DNA of 63,596 nucleotides, the filler included, from Octopus bimaculoides (lineage: Eukaryota), in NCBI RefSeq assembly GCF_001194135.2. It is 6 parts of 6 records of this genome, joined end to end, with 100 filler letters (N's around TTAATTAATTAA, not from the genome) between each part and the next. Parts side by side here need not be neighbours in the genome. Positions count along the whole stretch, not along the records: positions 1 to 17,837 come from NC_068990.1; 5 more parts are not named here. The stretch is one strand, 5' to 3'. A program made the position numbers and the translations under genes. This document shows positions 1-12,132 of this stretch, in pieces (within the stretch, counting starts at the first letter, position 1; each line of letters opens with the position of its first letter). A model generated the notes under the pieces. That model was not told where the DNA came from. It saw nothing but the letters and a program-made list of their open reading frames with translations, and searched no databases.

Positions 1-19
1 ATATATATATATATATATA

Positions 20-452
20 CAGTGTGTCCCAAAAGGCACTGATGTGTTTCAGTTTTTAAAAACTTCCTTACCTTTACAAAGAAATGCATGAAACTTTGAT
101 ATAAAGAACATGATGGAAATTAATATGCACAGGTCAAATATTGCAACACCACTACATCGCATACTTTAAATGACATCGCTTAAATGGCAGCCATTTTCGG
201 TTTCTCGCGCCCGTGCTCTTTCCAAAACTTGCACCATAACACCCTCAAGAGTTACAGACACCACTGATTTCTCTATTGATATTCTCCTTCAGTTGCAGCA
301 GAAAAATTCGCACAAGTCATGTATGGAGAACATGAAGGCCAGTTGACATTGTCGTAGCGTGAGATTATTCTCTCTCCAAACCACTACCATACCAAAAGCA
401 TTGTTTCTCTTGCGGTATGAGGTGTTTTCCCATCTTGCTGGAACCATGTGTG
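20..452 (-). mobile_element. Tc1/mariner-superfamily transposon relic (3' part of transposase plus terminal repeat)
   Basis: Minus-strand translation with frameshifts/stops: WFQQDGKTPHTARETM..*WFGERIISRYDNVNWPSCSP..T-CEFF, then QLKENINREI and VTLEGVMVQVLERARARETENGCHLSDVI*. Begins TA|CAGTGTGTCCCAAAA, typical of a Tc1/mariner end at a TA target. Confidence 0.8.
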
Positions 453-465
453 AGGTCTTCTCTGA

Positions 466-560
466 AAAGCCTTCACGTTCCCCAGACTTGACTAGCCTGG
501 ATTTTTTCTTGTGGAAGAAAGGATTTACGTCAACAAACCAGAGAATATCAGGAATTAAAG
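466..560 (+). mobile_element. Second Tc1/mariner-type transposase fragment, opposite orientation
   Basis: Plus strand PSRSPDLTSLDFFLW followed (with frameshift) by IYVNKPENI, matching the WPxRSPDLxxxDFFLW..IYxNKP motif of this transposase family. Confidence 0.6.
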
Positions 561-1447
561 GGGTTGAATAAGAGTCCAACAGCTGTTTCTGGGGGATGCT
601 TGGCGGTCCAAGTTAATGATTGTAAATTGATTCCATCAATAGATAATACCAGCCTCCGTCTTTAGGGAAGAGTTTTACATTTGAGGTGTTGACAGAAAGA
701 AGATTAATGATCTGTGTAAGTCGGATCTTTTTATAAATAACCATATGTACATTCTTTGTATTAAATGTATTTAATATTTTTGGGATATCGACTTCCCTAA
801 CTTGCCTATCCTTACATTTACTCTTTGTATATATATCTCATCAAAGATGGAGACGAATACTAACATTTCCATGTGGCAAGGAGACCGGTTTGCTAATTGC
901 TGAAAGATTTCTCAGTACATGAAACCGTTGGTAGCCTTGTTAACATACAAATAAAGAATATTTTATCTATCAATGCGGTATTGAGCGCTCTTTCTCACTT
1001 TTCGATATTAGATTATATGCATATGTGTGTGTGTGTATGTGCGTGTGTGCGTGTGCGTGTGTGTGCGTGTGTGTACAAACATACATAATGATGTAGGTCG
1101 CATCACGTGCAACACTACTAATAAAACTTGTGGATGATCGGTCCATCATCACCTAAACTGAAAACCATGCGAAGCTTGTGCAGGATGAAATGCAAGATCC
1201 TTCAATGGACGAATAAAATGAAAAGTCAACAGTCATCCAATAAAGCATACGAACGTACGTATACACAAACATACGTATGGGTGTGAATGGTTAATGGTAT
1301 ATTTGCAGTTCATTTAAACGAGGTGTGGAAAAAATGCATATTCTTCAACTCCACAGTTTCAGAATTGGCGGCAACATGCTGACGTAGACAACTGGCTCTG
1401 GTAATCACATCACTCATATGATGCTTTATGGTCTGGATCATTCGCCA

Positions 1448-1797
1448 AGGTGTATGGTTCAGTGGTTAGAGGGTCGGGCTCACAATCATGAGGTAGTGAG
1501 TTCTGTTCCTTGTCTGGGCTGTATGTTGTGTTCTTGAGCAAGACACTTTATTTCACTTAACTCCAGTTCACTCAGCTGTAGAAATGAGTTGTGACGTCAC
1601 TGGTGCCAAACTGTGTCGGTCTTTGACTTTGCTTTGGATAACATCAGTGGCGTGGACAGGGGAGGCTGGTATGCACGGGCGGCTACTGGTCTTCCATAAA
1701 CAACTTTGTCCGGACTTGTGCCTCCGAGAGTAACTTTCTAGGTGTACTCCTATGGTCCTTCATGACCAAGGGAGGTCTTTACCTTTACCTTACCTTA
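1448..1797 (+). mobile_element. tRNA-derived CORE-type SINE
   Basis: A-box-like TGGTTCAGTGGTTAG and B-box-like GAGTTCTGTTCC, then GTGTTCTTGAGCAAGACACTT..CAGTTCACTCAGCTGTAGAAATG resembling the MIR/CORE domain; short (TACCT)n tail. Related copy at 59466-59699 (-). Confidence 0.75.
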
Positions 1798-2091
1798 CTG
1801 ACCAAGGTACTTGGTTGTGCGAGGTTTGGGTATTTTTTCAGCTTTTGGGCTATCTCATGCCACTTCACTTGAATTTAAGTTGCCACTGGGCTATAGTGTC
1901 GGAGTGAGGGGGGTGGAAGCTTGTGCAGCTCTTGCTTAGGAAACCCAAAAAACAAAACAAAAAAAAAAAANNNNNNNNNNNNNNNNNNNNNNNNNNNNNN
2001 NNNNNNNNNNNNNNNNNNNNNNNNNNNNNNNNNNNNNNNNNNNNNNNNNNNNNNNNNNNNNNNNNNNNNNNNNNNNNNNNNNAAATGTACG

Positions 2092-2190
2092 ATTCTAGAA
2101 TCTGCTTAAAACAACTGCTAGGAATTTGAACTAAGAACGTAAAGACGGACGAAATACCAGTAAGCATTGTGCCCGGCGTGCTAACGATTC
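2092..2190 (-). mobile_element. SINE family C (GGCGGCGAGCTGGCAGAA-type head), 5' fragment
   Basis: Matches the head of copies at 8084, 14243, 14583 and 40953; adjoins (AAT)n. Confidence 0.65.
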
Positions 2191-2193
2191 TGG

Positions 2194-2195
<2 letters not shown>

Positions 2196-2273
<78 letters not shown>
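2196..2273. repeat. (AAT)n microsatellite
   Basis: Direct reading. Confidence 0.95.
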
Positions 2274-2275
<2 letters not shown>

Positions 2276-3108
2276 TACAGTACTAACAGGTATATATATA
2301 TACAATACAGAAAATAGCACTACGAGGCACCGCACACACCCTACGTAAAACACTTTCAATAAAGTACAAATAAGAGCTTTACGATAAACCACAGCGCATA
2401 CCCAAGGCACACAGAGCTGCGCTCGGTAGTGATAAAAATAAGACTACTGAATAATAATAAAAACAATAACAACAACAACAACAATGATGATGATGATCAT
2501 CATCTATACACGCAAGCACGAGTGTGTGCCCACACAATTGTACAGGTATCCTCGGTCATACGGGTAAGCTCCCTGCGAATAAAAAAAACAAAACATGCAC
2601 GCGTTTCAAAGAAACGTATTTTATTCTTTTGCAAGATATGCATACATGCATGCATACATACATACATACATACATACATACATACGTACGTACGTACATA
2701 CATACATACATACATACACACATACATACATATATGTATGTATGTGTGTATGAATGTATGCATGTAAATATGACATATATATACATATATTAATATATAT
2801 ATATATATACTCCCACACACATGATTCTATCTAGTTATCTCCCCCCCCCGCTCTCTCTCTCTCTCTCTCTCTCTTTATATATACAAAGTATGGGGGTTTA
2901 GTTCACATGTGATCTAAACGATTAGGTACGCTAGGTAAATTCTGCAACGGATTACTGGGGCTCCAACATTATAGCCGAGATGGTAGTTATGAAGCCATTG
3001 CAGATTTCCGATGCAACGGGTATATAATTGTTAAACAGAACGTCAGACATTAAGGCGAGGCAAACATCTCAAGTCGTATACAATATTATTTTAGGAAGAA
3101 ATTCAAAA

Positions 3109-3163
3109 CTTTACAGCTGTTTCTGGGATAGCCCCGAGTATGGGATATGCCGTTATCAGAGAC
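3109..3163 (-). ncRNA. Degenerate hammerhead-ribozyme-like motif (core reads CUGAUAA)
   Basis: Minus strand GUCU-CUGAUAA-stem II-GAAA-CAGCUGU-A; the G8>A core change is predicted to inactivate it. Confidence 0.4.
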
Positions 3164-3419
3164 AAATAGGGGGGAAATATGGAAAATGAGAATGAGAATA
3201 TGTAAAAGAATAAGGAGATGGAAGGAGAGAAGAAAAAGGAAGCAGGGTTGCATCTAAGGACTTATGCTCTGGTTTCTATAAGTTCGGAAAGTTGAACTAT
3301 GAACTTTTATGCTTCTTTTTCTTCTCTTTTTCCATCTCCTTATCCTTTTATTCCCTTCCTCTATGTTGTCATCTTATTGATATATACCATTCTCATTTTC
3401 CATATTTTGCCCCCTATTT

Positions 3420-3475
3420 GTTTCTGATGACGGAATATCCTATATTCGGGGATATCCCAGAAACAGCTGTAAGAT
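3420..3475 (+). ncRNA. Minimal type-I hammerhead-ribozyme-like motif
   Basis: CUGAUGA (3424-3430), stem II GGAAUAUCC/GGAUAUCCC, GAAA (3460-3463), stem III AC-AGCU-GU with palindromic loop, GUA cleavage triplet (3469-3471), short stem I. The base of stem II is a C.A mismatch. Confidence 0.55.
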
Positions 3476-3581
3476 TTTGAATATCTTCCTGTAATAATAT
3501 TGTATATGACTAGAGATATTTGGCTTGCCTTAATGTTTGATGTCCTGTTTACATGTATATATTTACACACACACATACACA

Positions 3582-3664
<83 letters not shown>

Positions 3665-3966
3665 ATATATATGTATATATATGTATATACATATTTATAT
3701 ATATGTATGCATATATGTAGGTACATGTATGTGCACACACACACACACAAGTTTCTGTGCGTGTCTGTGCATGTATACATGTATCTGTGTAAGAATAACA
3801 AAAATTTGTGTATACAGAGAGTTTCATTGGGTTTTCTGGTTAATATTTTATATTTGGTTCGTAAGAAAGCAACTGCAACATGTCTTATTGCTGTTGTAAG
3901 CCATTAAGTCTTCTCATCGCACCTACCCCACTCTCTCTCTCTCCTTCTCTATTTCTCCATCTTCAG

Positions 3967-4009
3967 TCTATCTCAGCTAGAATTAGCAGTTAAACTCTAC
4001 ACTTCTAAG
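3967..4009 (+). CDS. Candidate internal exon (43 nt, LSQLELAVKLYTSK)
   Basis: Long CT tract + CAG acceptor, consensus AAG|GTAAGT donor, one open frame. No homology recognised. Confidence 0.3.
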
Positions 4010-4412
4010 GTAAGTCATAGCCCAAACTAGCAATTGATTATTTGCAGCAGATTTGTTGGGGCGACTTACTACGACGTATACAAACTGTTTATCCAGGGCT
4101 GATATGAGGTTACACGTTTACAAATGTGTTCTTGAGTAACAATCATCGTTTCGTTTGATATCATTATATAATACTCGCTGTGGAGTGTTCCGTTACAAGA
4201 AACGCAATGCGATACATGCACTCACTCACAGACGCACGAACATACACACACGCATGCACACACACACACACACACACACACATTCATAACGCATATATAC
4301 TTACCTACTTGCCTATCTATTTATCTATCTATCTATCTATCTATGTAAATATACATAAATGTTTGTGTACATATGTGTGTGTGTCATTATAAATATACAT
4401 GCATATATATAT

Positions 4413-4460
4413 AATGGCACTCCGTCGCTTACGACGTCGAGGGTTCCAGTTGATCCGATC
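4413..4460 (-). mobile_element. SINE family A, 3' end abutting gap
   Basis: TGGCACTCCGTCGCTTACGACGTCGAGGGTTCCAGTTGATCC matches the ends of copies at 38406 and 41963. Confidence 0.85.
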
Positions 4461-5446
4461 ANNNNNNNNNNNNNNNNNNNNNNNNNNNNNNNNNNNNNNN
4501 NNNNNNNNNNNNNNNNNNNNNNNNNNNNNNNNNNNNNNNNNNNNNNNNNNNNNNNNNNNNNNNNNNNNNNNNNNNNNNNNNNNNNNNNNNNNNNNNNNNN
4601 NNNNNNNNNNNNNNNNNNNNNNNNNNNNNNNNNNNNNNNNNNNNNNNNNNNNNNNNNNNNNNNNNNNNNNNNNNNNNNNNNNNNNNNNNNNNNNNNNNNN
4701 NNNNNNNNNNNNNNNNNNNNNNNNNNNNNNNNNNNNNNNNNNNNNNNNNNNNNNNNNNNNNNNNNNNNNNNNNNNNNNNNNNNNNNNNNNNNNNNNNNNN
4801 NNNNNNNNNNNNNNNNNNNNNNNNNNNNNNNNNNNNNNNNNNNNNNNNNNNNNNNNNNNNNNNNNNNNNNNNNNNNNNNNNNNNNNNNNNNNNNNNNNNN
4901 NNNNNNNNNNNNNNNNNNNNNNNNNNNNNNNNNNNNNNNNNNNNNNNNNNNNNNNNNNNNNNNNNNNNNNNNNNNNNNNNNNNNNNNNNNNNNNNNNNNN
5001 NNNNNNNNNNNNNNNNNNNNNNNNNNNNNNNNNNNNNNNNNNNNNNNNNNNNNNNNNNNNNNNNNNNNNNNNNNNNNNNNNNNNNNNNNNNNNNNNNNNN
5101 TATATAGATACTGCATGTATAAATATACATACACATTTATGTGTAGTTATATGCATTTATGCATGTATGCATACATCTATGTATACATGTATGTTTCTAT
5201 ATATGTATGTATGCATACATATGTGTTTGTGTGTATATGTGCGTATGTACGTGTGTATTATGAATAACTGAGGTGGTATTAGTTCAAAGTAGCAATCTGT
5301 GTATCATACTCCATGTAAATACATTGCTAAATACTGCCATTTATGAGGCTTTGAACGATGTATTTATTTTAAAAATGCCACTTAGTTTGATATATATGTA
5401 TGTGTGCATACACACATACACACGCACATACACACACACACATGCA

Positions 5447-5610
5447 TAGGTGGAGATGTGGCTGTGTAGTAAGAAGTTTGCTTTCCAACCACATGTTTCT
5501 GGGTTCTGTACCACTGAGTGGCACCTGGGGCAAGTGTCTTCTATTATAGCCTCGGACCGACCAAAGTCTTGTGATTGGATTTGGTAGGCGGAAACTGAAA
5601 GATGGTTGTC
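5447..5610 (+). mobile_element. SINE family B, 5' half (tRNA-like head + CORE-like segment)
   Basis: GTGGCTGTGTAGTAAG..GGGTTCTGTACCACTG..GGCACCTGGGCAAGTGTCTT..GGAAACTGAAAGA, followed by (TA)n; homologous to 17294 and 52541. Confidence 0.8.
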
Positions 5611-5938
5611 ATATATANNNNNNNNNNTATATATATATATATATCAATCCACATTAAGTACAGGACATCACCAACGAGTAAAAAATACGTAAACACAAGA
5701 GAGATAAGAACAGTACAAAATACCAAAAGAAGATAACTCGCTCGTCAATTGTCGACTGTGTCACTGCTCACTATTTCGTGCTTTTAACGACAGGATAGGG
5801 AAACTTCATAAGACAGCAGTATCCAGAAATTTTAAAAATATAAAATTTGTGGTGAGTTACGGTTTCGAATGGGTAAACATCAACAGAGTGGACGTACGAA
5901 GTAAACAATCGTCGAAGAAAACATTAAGGGCCGTTAGG

Positions 5939-6015
<77 letters not shown>

Positions 6016-6038
6016 CACACAATAACAACAACAGCGCA

Positions 6039-6070
<32 letters not shown>

Positions 6071-6979
6071 CATGCACATATATTTATACATCTCTCTCTC
6101 TCTTTATCTAACTACATATATATGCTCGTGTATGAGTGTGTGTGTGTGTGTATGTATGCTGTAGTTGTGTATGAGTGATAAGTGGTATACATGAAACTCT
6201 CGGAACACGTTACATACACACACACATTCGTACACACACATGTGCACACGCACTGAGACATAAATGCATATATAAATGTAAAAAATTATTGGTGTTGTGT
6301 TTCAATACTGTATTGCATGGCAGTAATATATCTATTGGTTTTGGTAAACACTCTATGTACATCCTAATGTAAGTATCTTGTTTTATATACACAATATGCT
6401 CATGGACAGAAGTAACACCATCCAGAATAGTTTCTATCCTATNNNNNNNNNNNNNNNNNNNNNNNNNNNNNNNNNNNNNNNNNNNNNNNNNNNNNNNNNN
6501 NNNNNNNNNNNNNNNNNNNNNNNNNNNNNNNNNNNNNNNNNNNNNNNNNNNNNNNNNNNNNNNNNNNNNNNNNNNNNNNNNNNNNNNNNNNNNNNNNNNN
6601 NNNNNNNNNNNNNNNNNNNNNNNNNNNNNNNNNNNNNNNNNNNNNNNNNNNNNNNNNNNNNNNNNNNNNNNNNNNNNNNNNNNNNNNNNNNNNNNNNNNN
6701 NNNNNNNNNNNNNNNNNNNNNNNNNNNNNNNNNNNNNNNNNNNNNNNNNNNNNNNNNNNNNNNNNNNNNNNNNNNNNNNNNNNNNNNNNNNNNNNNNNNN
6801 NNNNNNNNNNNNNNNNNNNNNNNNNNNNNNNNNNNNNNNNNNNNNNNNNNGCTTACGTCTGTCTGTACTGTGTCGGCTAAAACTCTATAAATGCATTCTG
6901 TGGTACTATAAGTATAGTATACATACATACGTTTATGTATATTTGCGTGTATCTCATTTTATCTGTCTGTCCGTGCGCC

Positions 6980-6986
6980 TTTCTAT

Positions 6987-7056
<70 letters not shown>

Positions 7057-7061
7057 GTCTG

Positions 7062-7137
<76 letters not shown>

Positions 7138-7140
7138 CCT
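6980..7140. repeat. (TCTA)n microsatellite
   Basis: Direct reading. Confidence 0.95.
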
Positions 7141-8083
7141 ATCTATTTGCCTGTTTGCCAACCTGCTTGCTTGTTTGCCTATCTATCTACCTACCTGATC
7201 TATCTAATATATTTCATTTGTGTTGTGTCTGGGGAGAGTCATAATGTCTTAATGTCTAATTATCTAACACACTCACCGGTTCGATTTCCATTCATTATTT
7301 ATATTTTGTCTTTCAAAATTTTCGTTCCTTTTGCAACCTTGTGAATGAATACTGACCTTTCCTTCCATTGCTATATGTAGATGACCTTTTCCATTTTTAA
7401 ATACATACATTTATAGTTAAGTCAACATACAAAGTATTGTCCGAAAATGTTGGGGAATATTTCTGAAATCACACCTTAAGTACTTCAGACCTGACGCTCT
7501 AGAACACGCACACATGTCATTTTACGATTTCTCTTTTTTAAAGATACACCAATTAATAATCAATATATCGTACTTTCCGGAATGCAGGTGGAATTTAACA
7601 GACCAAAATTTCCTGCGGAAAAAGGTAGATCGACTTATATATGAAGATGACTTTGGTGGATTAAAACTTCCATTAGAAAAATATCAGGAAAGATAGTGAC
7701 AATGTTTGAATGTTTACACTACATGTTTACTGTACATGCTTCGTTGACATTTATGACGGAAGATACGCTCTGTAGTTATTTCGACTGTCTTCATTACCGA
7801 ATATGTTAATTGACGTTAACCAATGTTATTGATTTATATATGAAATTATACAGCACCGAATTCACTTCCAGTCAAAAATACGAAGAAGAGGTGAAATCTT
7901 TGGCACCGACATAACTATGTGGCTAAGAAACTTGCTTTACAACTTCATGGTTTTGGGTTTGATCACACTGCATGGTACCTTAGTCCGACTAATTCTTTGA
8001 GAGTGAATTCAGTGGACGAAAACTGTGCAGAAGCCCGACATACATACATACATACATACATACATACATACATGTATGTTTCT

Positions 8084-8308
8084 GCAAGCTGGCAGAAATG
8101 ATAGCACACCGGGCGAAATGCTTAACGGTATTTTGTCTGCCGTTACGTTCTGAGTTCAAATTCCGTCGTGGTCGACTATGCCTTTCATCCTTTCAGGGTC
8201 GATAAATTAAGTACCAGTTACTCTCTGGGGTCGATGTCATCGACTTAATCCCTTTGTCTGTCCTTGTTTGTCCCCTCCATGTTTAGCCCCTTGTGGGCAA
8301 TAAAGGAA
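8084..8308 (+). mobile_element. SINE family C, near-full copy
   Basis: GCTGGCAGAA..GCTTAACGGTATTT..GAGTTCAAATTCC (B-box-like)..GGGGTCGATGTCATCGAC..; many homologous copies in the window. Confidence 0.8.
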
Positions 8309-8654
8309 TCACATACATACATGCCTACATACATACATACATACATATATACATACATACATACATACATACATCTAAGCACATACACACATATTTGTCA
8401 TATGTATTTGTGTGTATGCGTCTTTGTGTTTGCGTATGTTCCCTCTACTGTTTGCTAGGCAGTGTTAGTTTGTTTACGTTCCTGCACATTTGTGGTTACG
8501 ATTACTTTTTCGGAAAAAGTAGCCGACATAATAAACACCAGTACTGGGGGTTCATTTATTCCACTAAACCCTTCAAGGTCGTACCCGTACCCCTGTATGA
8601 CTCCCGTCAAATGACTGAGACAAGTAAGAGGTACAGGTAGTTATTTCAACTGTT

Positions 8655-9122
8655 TTCATTACTAAAGATGTCAACCGATTGTTAATTAGTGACTCGAAGA
8701 AAAACACAAACTTAGCACAGTCCGCTTACGAAACATCGAGTGATTTTGCAGTTGAACTGGTATTTACCATTCCACCTTGTAGTACCAACTGGCAGTTAGG
8801 TGGACTGGGCTGCTTTGATTTTCATTATTGAAGATGTTAACCGAATGTTAATTAGTGACTCGAAAAAATATATAAACGCAGCACAATCCGCTTACGAAAC
8901 GTCGGTTGATTTTGCAGTTCAACTGATATTTACCATTCCATCTTGTGGTACCAACTAGCAGTTACGTGGACAAGGCTGCTTTGATTTTCGTTACTAAAAA
9001 TGTCAACCGATTGTTAATTAGTGACTCGAAGAAAACGTAAAATTAGCACAATCCGCTTCCGAAACATCGATTGATTTTGCACTTCAACTGATATTTACCA
9101 TTTCATCTTGTGGACTGAGCTG
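8655..9122. repeat. 166-bp tandem repeat, ~2.8 diverged copies
   Basis: Units start at 8655, 8821 and 8987 (TTC[A/G]TTA[C/T]T..GTTAATTAGTGACTCGAA..AATCCGCTTACGAAAC..TATTTACCATT). Confidence 0.9.
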
Positions 9123-9223
9123 CCTAGGTGTAGATGTCTTTGTCATGGACGCAATGCTACAGAGGTGACAAGATGCGAGACACATATTTCAAAATCACCG
9201 ACGCTGTTGATTTTGTTGTAGAT

Positions 9224-9389
9224 CACTCATGGGCAAGCCCCAACCTGCTGGTTGCATGCGGCCCGTGAGACTTTCTCAATGGTACACTTAACGAAAAATT
9301 ACTTTTAATTTTTTTTAGTCGTGCAGTTCGCCTGATAATTAACTATGTTGCATGCGGCGCGCTTCGCGAACTAGCTTGCCGAAACCTAT
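9224..9389. mobile_element. Degenerate hAT-like MITE
   Basis: Ends GGCAAGC / GCTTGCC with subterminal TGCATGCGGCCCG / TGCATGCGGCGCG, resembling hAT (Charlie-type) MITE termini. Confidence 0.45.
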
Positions 9390-9707
9390 GGCAGATCTTG
9401 CTTTCGTTTAGCCGGAGGTTCACCACAATAAAGTTAAAGTAAACCTATAACCAAAAGTTTTCCATCCGTGGCAATCCCATTGGTTACTATTTGTTTTTCT
9501 AGAATTACATTATCAAGGGAAGGTATGACTTGCAGGAGATTTGGCTGCTATTTCCAGTATGTCGTACTCGTTTTACAATACGCTATCAACTCGGCCATTT
9601 GACATTTTTGATATCTTGATATTTTAGAAGATTTTTCAGTTGGTTATATAGCAGATAATGTTTATGTGATGTCATATGACACTCGGAATATTTGAACTCG
9701 CTTCGTG

Positions 9708-9960
9708 AGGTTACGAGGGAGCCTCTATTCGGTTGCTCGACCCGCAAGAAGTAGCAACCAAATCATCCAGCAATCACATCACAACCATCTTCAAAAGGAT
9801 TCACGTTAGTTAATGTCGTCCTGGGTTCATTGTACGTAGGGAGAAGACCGCACAGTCACGGATGGAAAGTCTCTGATCATAAATCTGCTCATTTAGCGTT
9901 GTCAAGGGATTAAAAACAACGAGATTAACAACGAAGAGGTGTCTTTACAAGAGCATTCGA
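9708..9960. repeat. Unclassified interspersed repeat
   Basis: Shares a TAGCAACCAAATC / GATTTGGCTGCTATTT core with 9490-9570, 15960-16090 and 55640-55790. Confidence 0.45.
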
Positions 9961-10809
9961 CCTGCTGAAATTAACAACTAAATCGACCTTAAGGTAGTCA
10001 CTACATGATGGTAGCTCACTCATCCAAAAAAAAAGCAGCAAAATGTCCTTCAAATCAAGCTCCAGCGGTCATAAGCAAATTAAAAATATATATGGGGCGT
10101 GGGGAGTCATACTTATGTCAAATGAAACGGGATAGTCATGGTTGGAGAGCCTTTGATCGTAGTTTTTTCTCGGTCGAGATTGACTTGCTGCTAAACAACA
10201 TTGCAACTGCTACAACCACGACGACGACCACCACCACGACCACTAACAACAACTAGAAAAACAACATGACTAAGCAATCTTGTCTCCTTTACAGATACGG
10301 TCAATCTCAAAGTTGATGGAAAAATTACCAATGATTGCTAATATTTTTTTCAGAGTATTTTTGTATTTTCAGCTGAACGGATTTCCTTAAGTGTTCGTTC
10401 AGCGATGATCAACTATTCAAAAGCTTGATACGAAGACGATAGTAAAACAGTAATTTGGCGTGCATTGATTTATTTTGTGAGAAAAACACAGAGAACCACA
10501 TCAATTTAAGTAGGTCGTAAATAGCACAAATCACTGGCTTTTGACTTATATCTTGTTCAGATAAATTTCTGTCAATCTACCACTAGAACCTAAAGCATAT
10601 ACTTACAACACACACACACACACACACACACGCGCGCGCTCGCACGTGAACACACACACGTACACACACAGATGCACGCACACGCACACATATGTATCTC
10701 TCTTTCTCTCTATATATGTGTGTTTGCGTGCATGTGGTCAGGCATGTGTGTAGTCAGAGGGCGTATATGTGTGTGTGTGTGTCTGCGCGCATGCGCGTTG
10801 TGTGTTGTG

Positions 10810-11017
10810 TTTGTGTTTGTTCCCTTCCCATCATTGACTGATAACCGATGCTGGTGTGTTTACGTCCCCTTTATTTAGCGGTCCGGCAAAAGAGACCGAT
10901 AGAATAGGTACCAGACTTTTAAAATATAAGTACTGGGGTTGACACATTCAACTAAAAATTCTTTAAGGCTTACCTCAGCATGTCTGCACTCTTATTTCTC
11001 AAACAAGTAAAAGACAA
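10810..11017 (+). mobile_element. SINE family B, 3' half
   Basis: GATAACCGATGCTGGTGTGTTTACGTCCCC..GGCAAAAGAGACCGATAGAATA..AAACAAGTAAAAGA; homologous to 52820-53053 and 43843-43974. Confidence 0.8.
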
Positions 11018-11030
11018 AAGATATATTATA

Positions 11031-11065
<35 letters not shown>

Positions 11066-12085
11066 NNNNNNNNNNNNNNNNNNNNNNNNNNNNNNNNNNN
11101 NNNNNNNNNNNNNNNNNNNNNNNNNNNNNNNNNNNNNNNNNNNNNNNNNNNNNNNNNNNNNNNNNNNNNNNNNNNNNNNNNNNNNNNNNNNNNNNNNNNN
11201 NNNNNNNNNNNNNNNNNNNNNNNNNNNNNNNNNNNNNNNNNNNNNNNNNNNNNNNNNNNNNNNNNNNNNNNNNNNNNNNNNNNNNNNNNNNNNNNNNNNN
11301 NNNNNNNNNNNNNNNNNNNNNNNNNNNNNNNNNNNNNNNNNNNNNNNNNNNNNNNNNNNNNNNNNNNNNNNNNNNNNNNNNNNNNNNNNNNNNNNNNNNN
11401 NNNNNNNNNNNNNNNNNNNNNNNNNNNNNNNNNNNNNNNNNNNNNNNNNNNNNNNNNNNNNNNNNNNNNNNNNNNNNNNNNNNNNNNNNNNNNNNNNNNN
11501 NNNNNNNNNNNNNNNNNNNNNNNNNNNNNNNNNNNNNNNNNNNNNNNNNNNNNNNNNNNNNNNNNNNNNNNNNNNNNNNNNNNNNNNNNNNNNNNNNNNN
11601 NNNNNNNNNNNNNNNNNNNNNNNNNNNNNNNNNNNNNNNNNNNNNNNNNNNNNNNNNNNNNNNNNNNNNNNNNNNNNNNNNNNNNNNNNNNNNNNNNNNN
11701 NNNNNNNNNNNNNNNNNNNNNNNNNNNNNNNNNNNNNNNNNNNNNNNNNNNNNNNNNNNNNNNNNNNNNNNNNNNNNNNNNNNNNNNNNNNNNNNNNNNN
11801 NNNNNNNNNNNNNNNNNNNNNNNNNNNNNNNNNNNNNNNNNNNNNNNNNNNNNNNNNNNNNNNNNNNNNNNNNNNTATGTATGTATGTATGTATGTATGT
11901 ATGTATTTATCTATCTATCTCTTTCCCCTCTTTCTCTATCTATATATCTCTTTCTCTTTCTCTCCCTCTCTCTACACACACATATATAAATATATATCTT
12001 ATATCTATATTGATATCTATATATATGTATACGTATATGTATATCTATCTATTTATCTTTGTATCTATCTATCTATCTATCTTTG

Positions 12086-12132
<47 letters not shown>

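Larger units (their letters stand above)
3021..3561. repeat. Large imperfect inverted repeat (arms ~3021-3244 and ~3310-3561)
   Basis: Reverse complement of the left arm (CATTCTCATTTTCCATATTTCCCCCCTATTTGTCTCTGATAACGG..GAAACAGCTGTAAAG..GCCTTAATGTCTGACGTTCTGTTT) aligns with the right arm; the right arm has an extra segment at ~3351-3387. Confidence 0.9.

Noticed and set aside
1448-1520. tRNA genes at SINE heads (also 42270-42340 and 59630-59699)
   Set aside because: A/B boxes are present, but no complete cloverleaf was seen and they continue into SINE bodies.
4337-5271. Long ORFs of 200-400 aa here and at 11-12, 18.5, 24, 34, 46 and 60 kb
   Set aside because: They span N runs and TA/TG/TCTA microsatellites, so they contain no real coding information.
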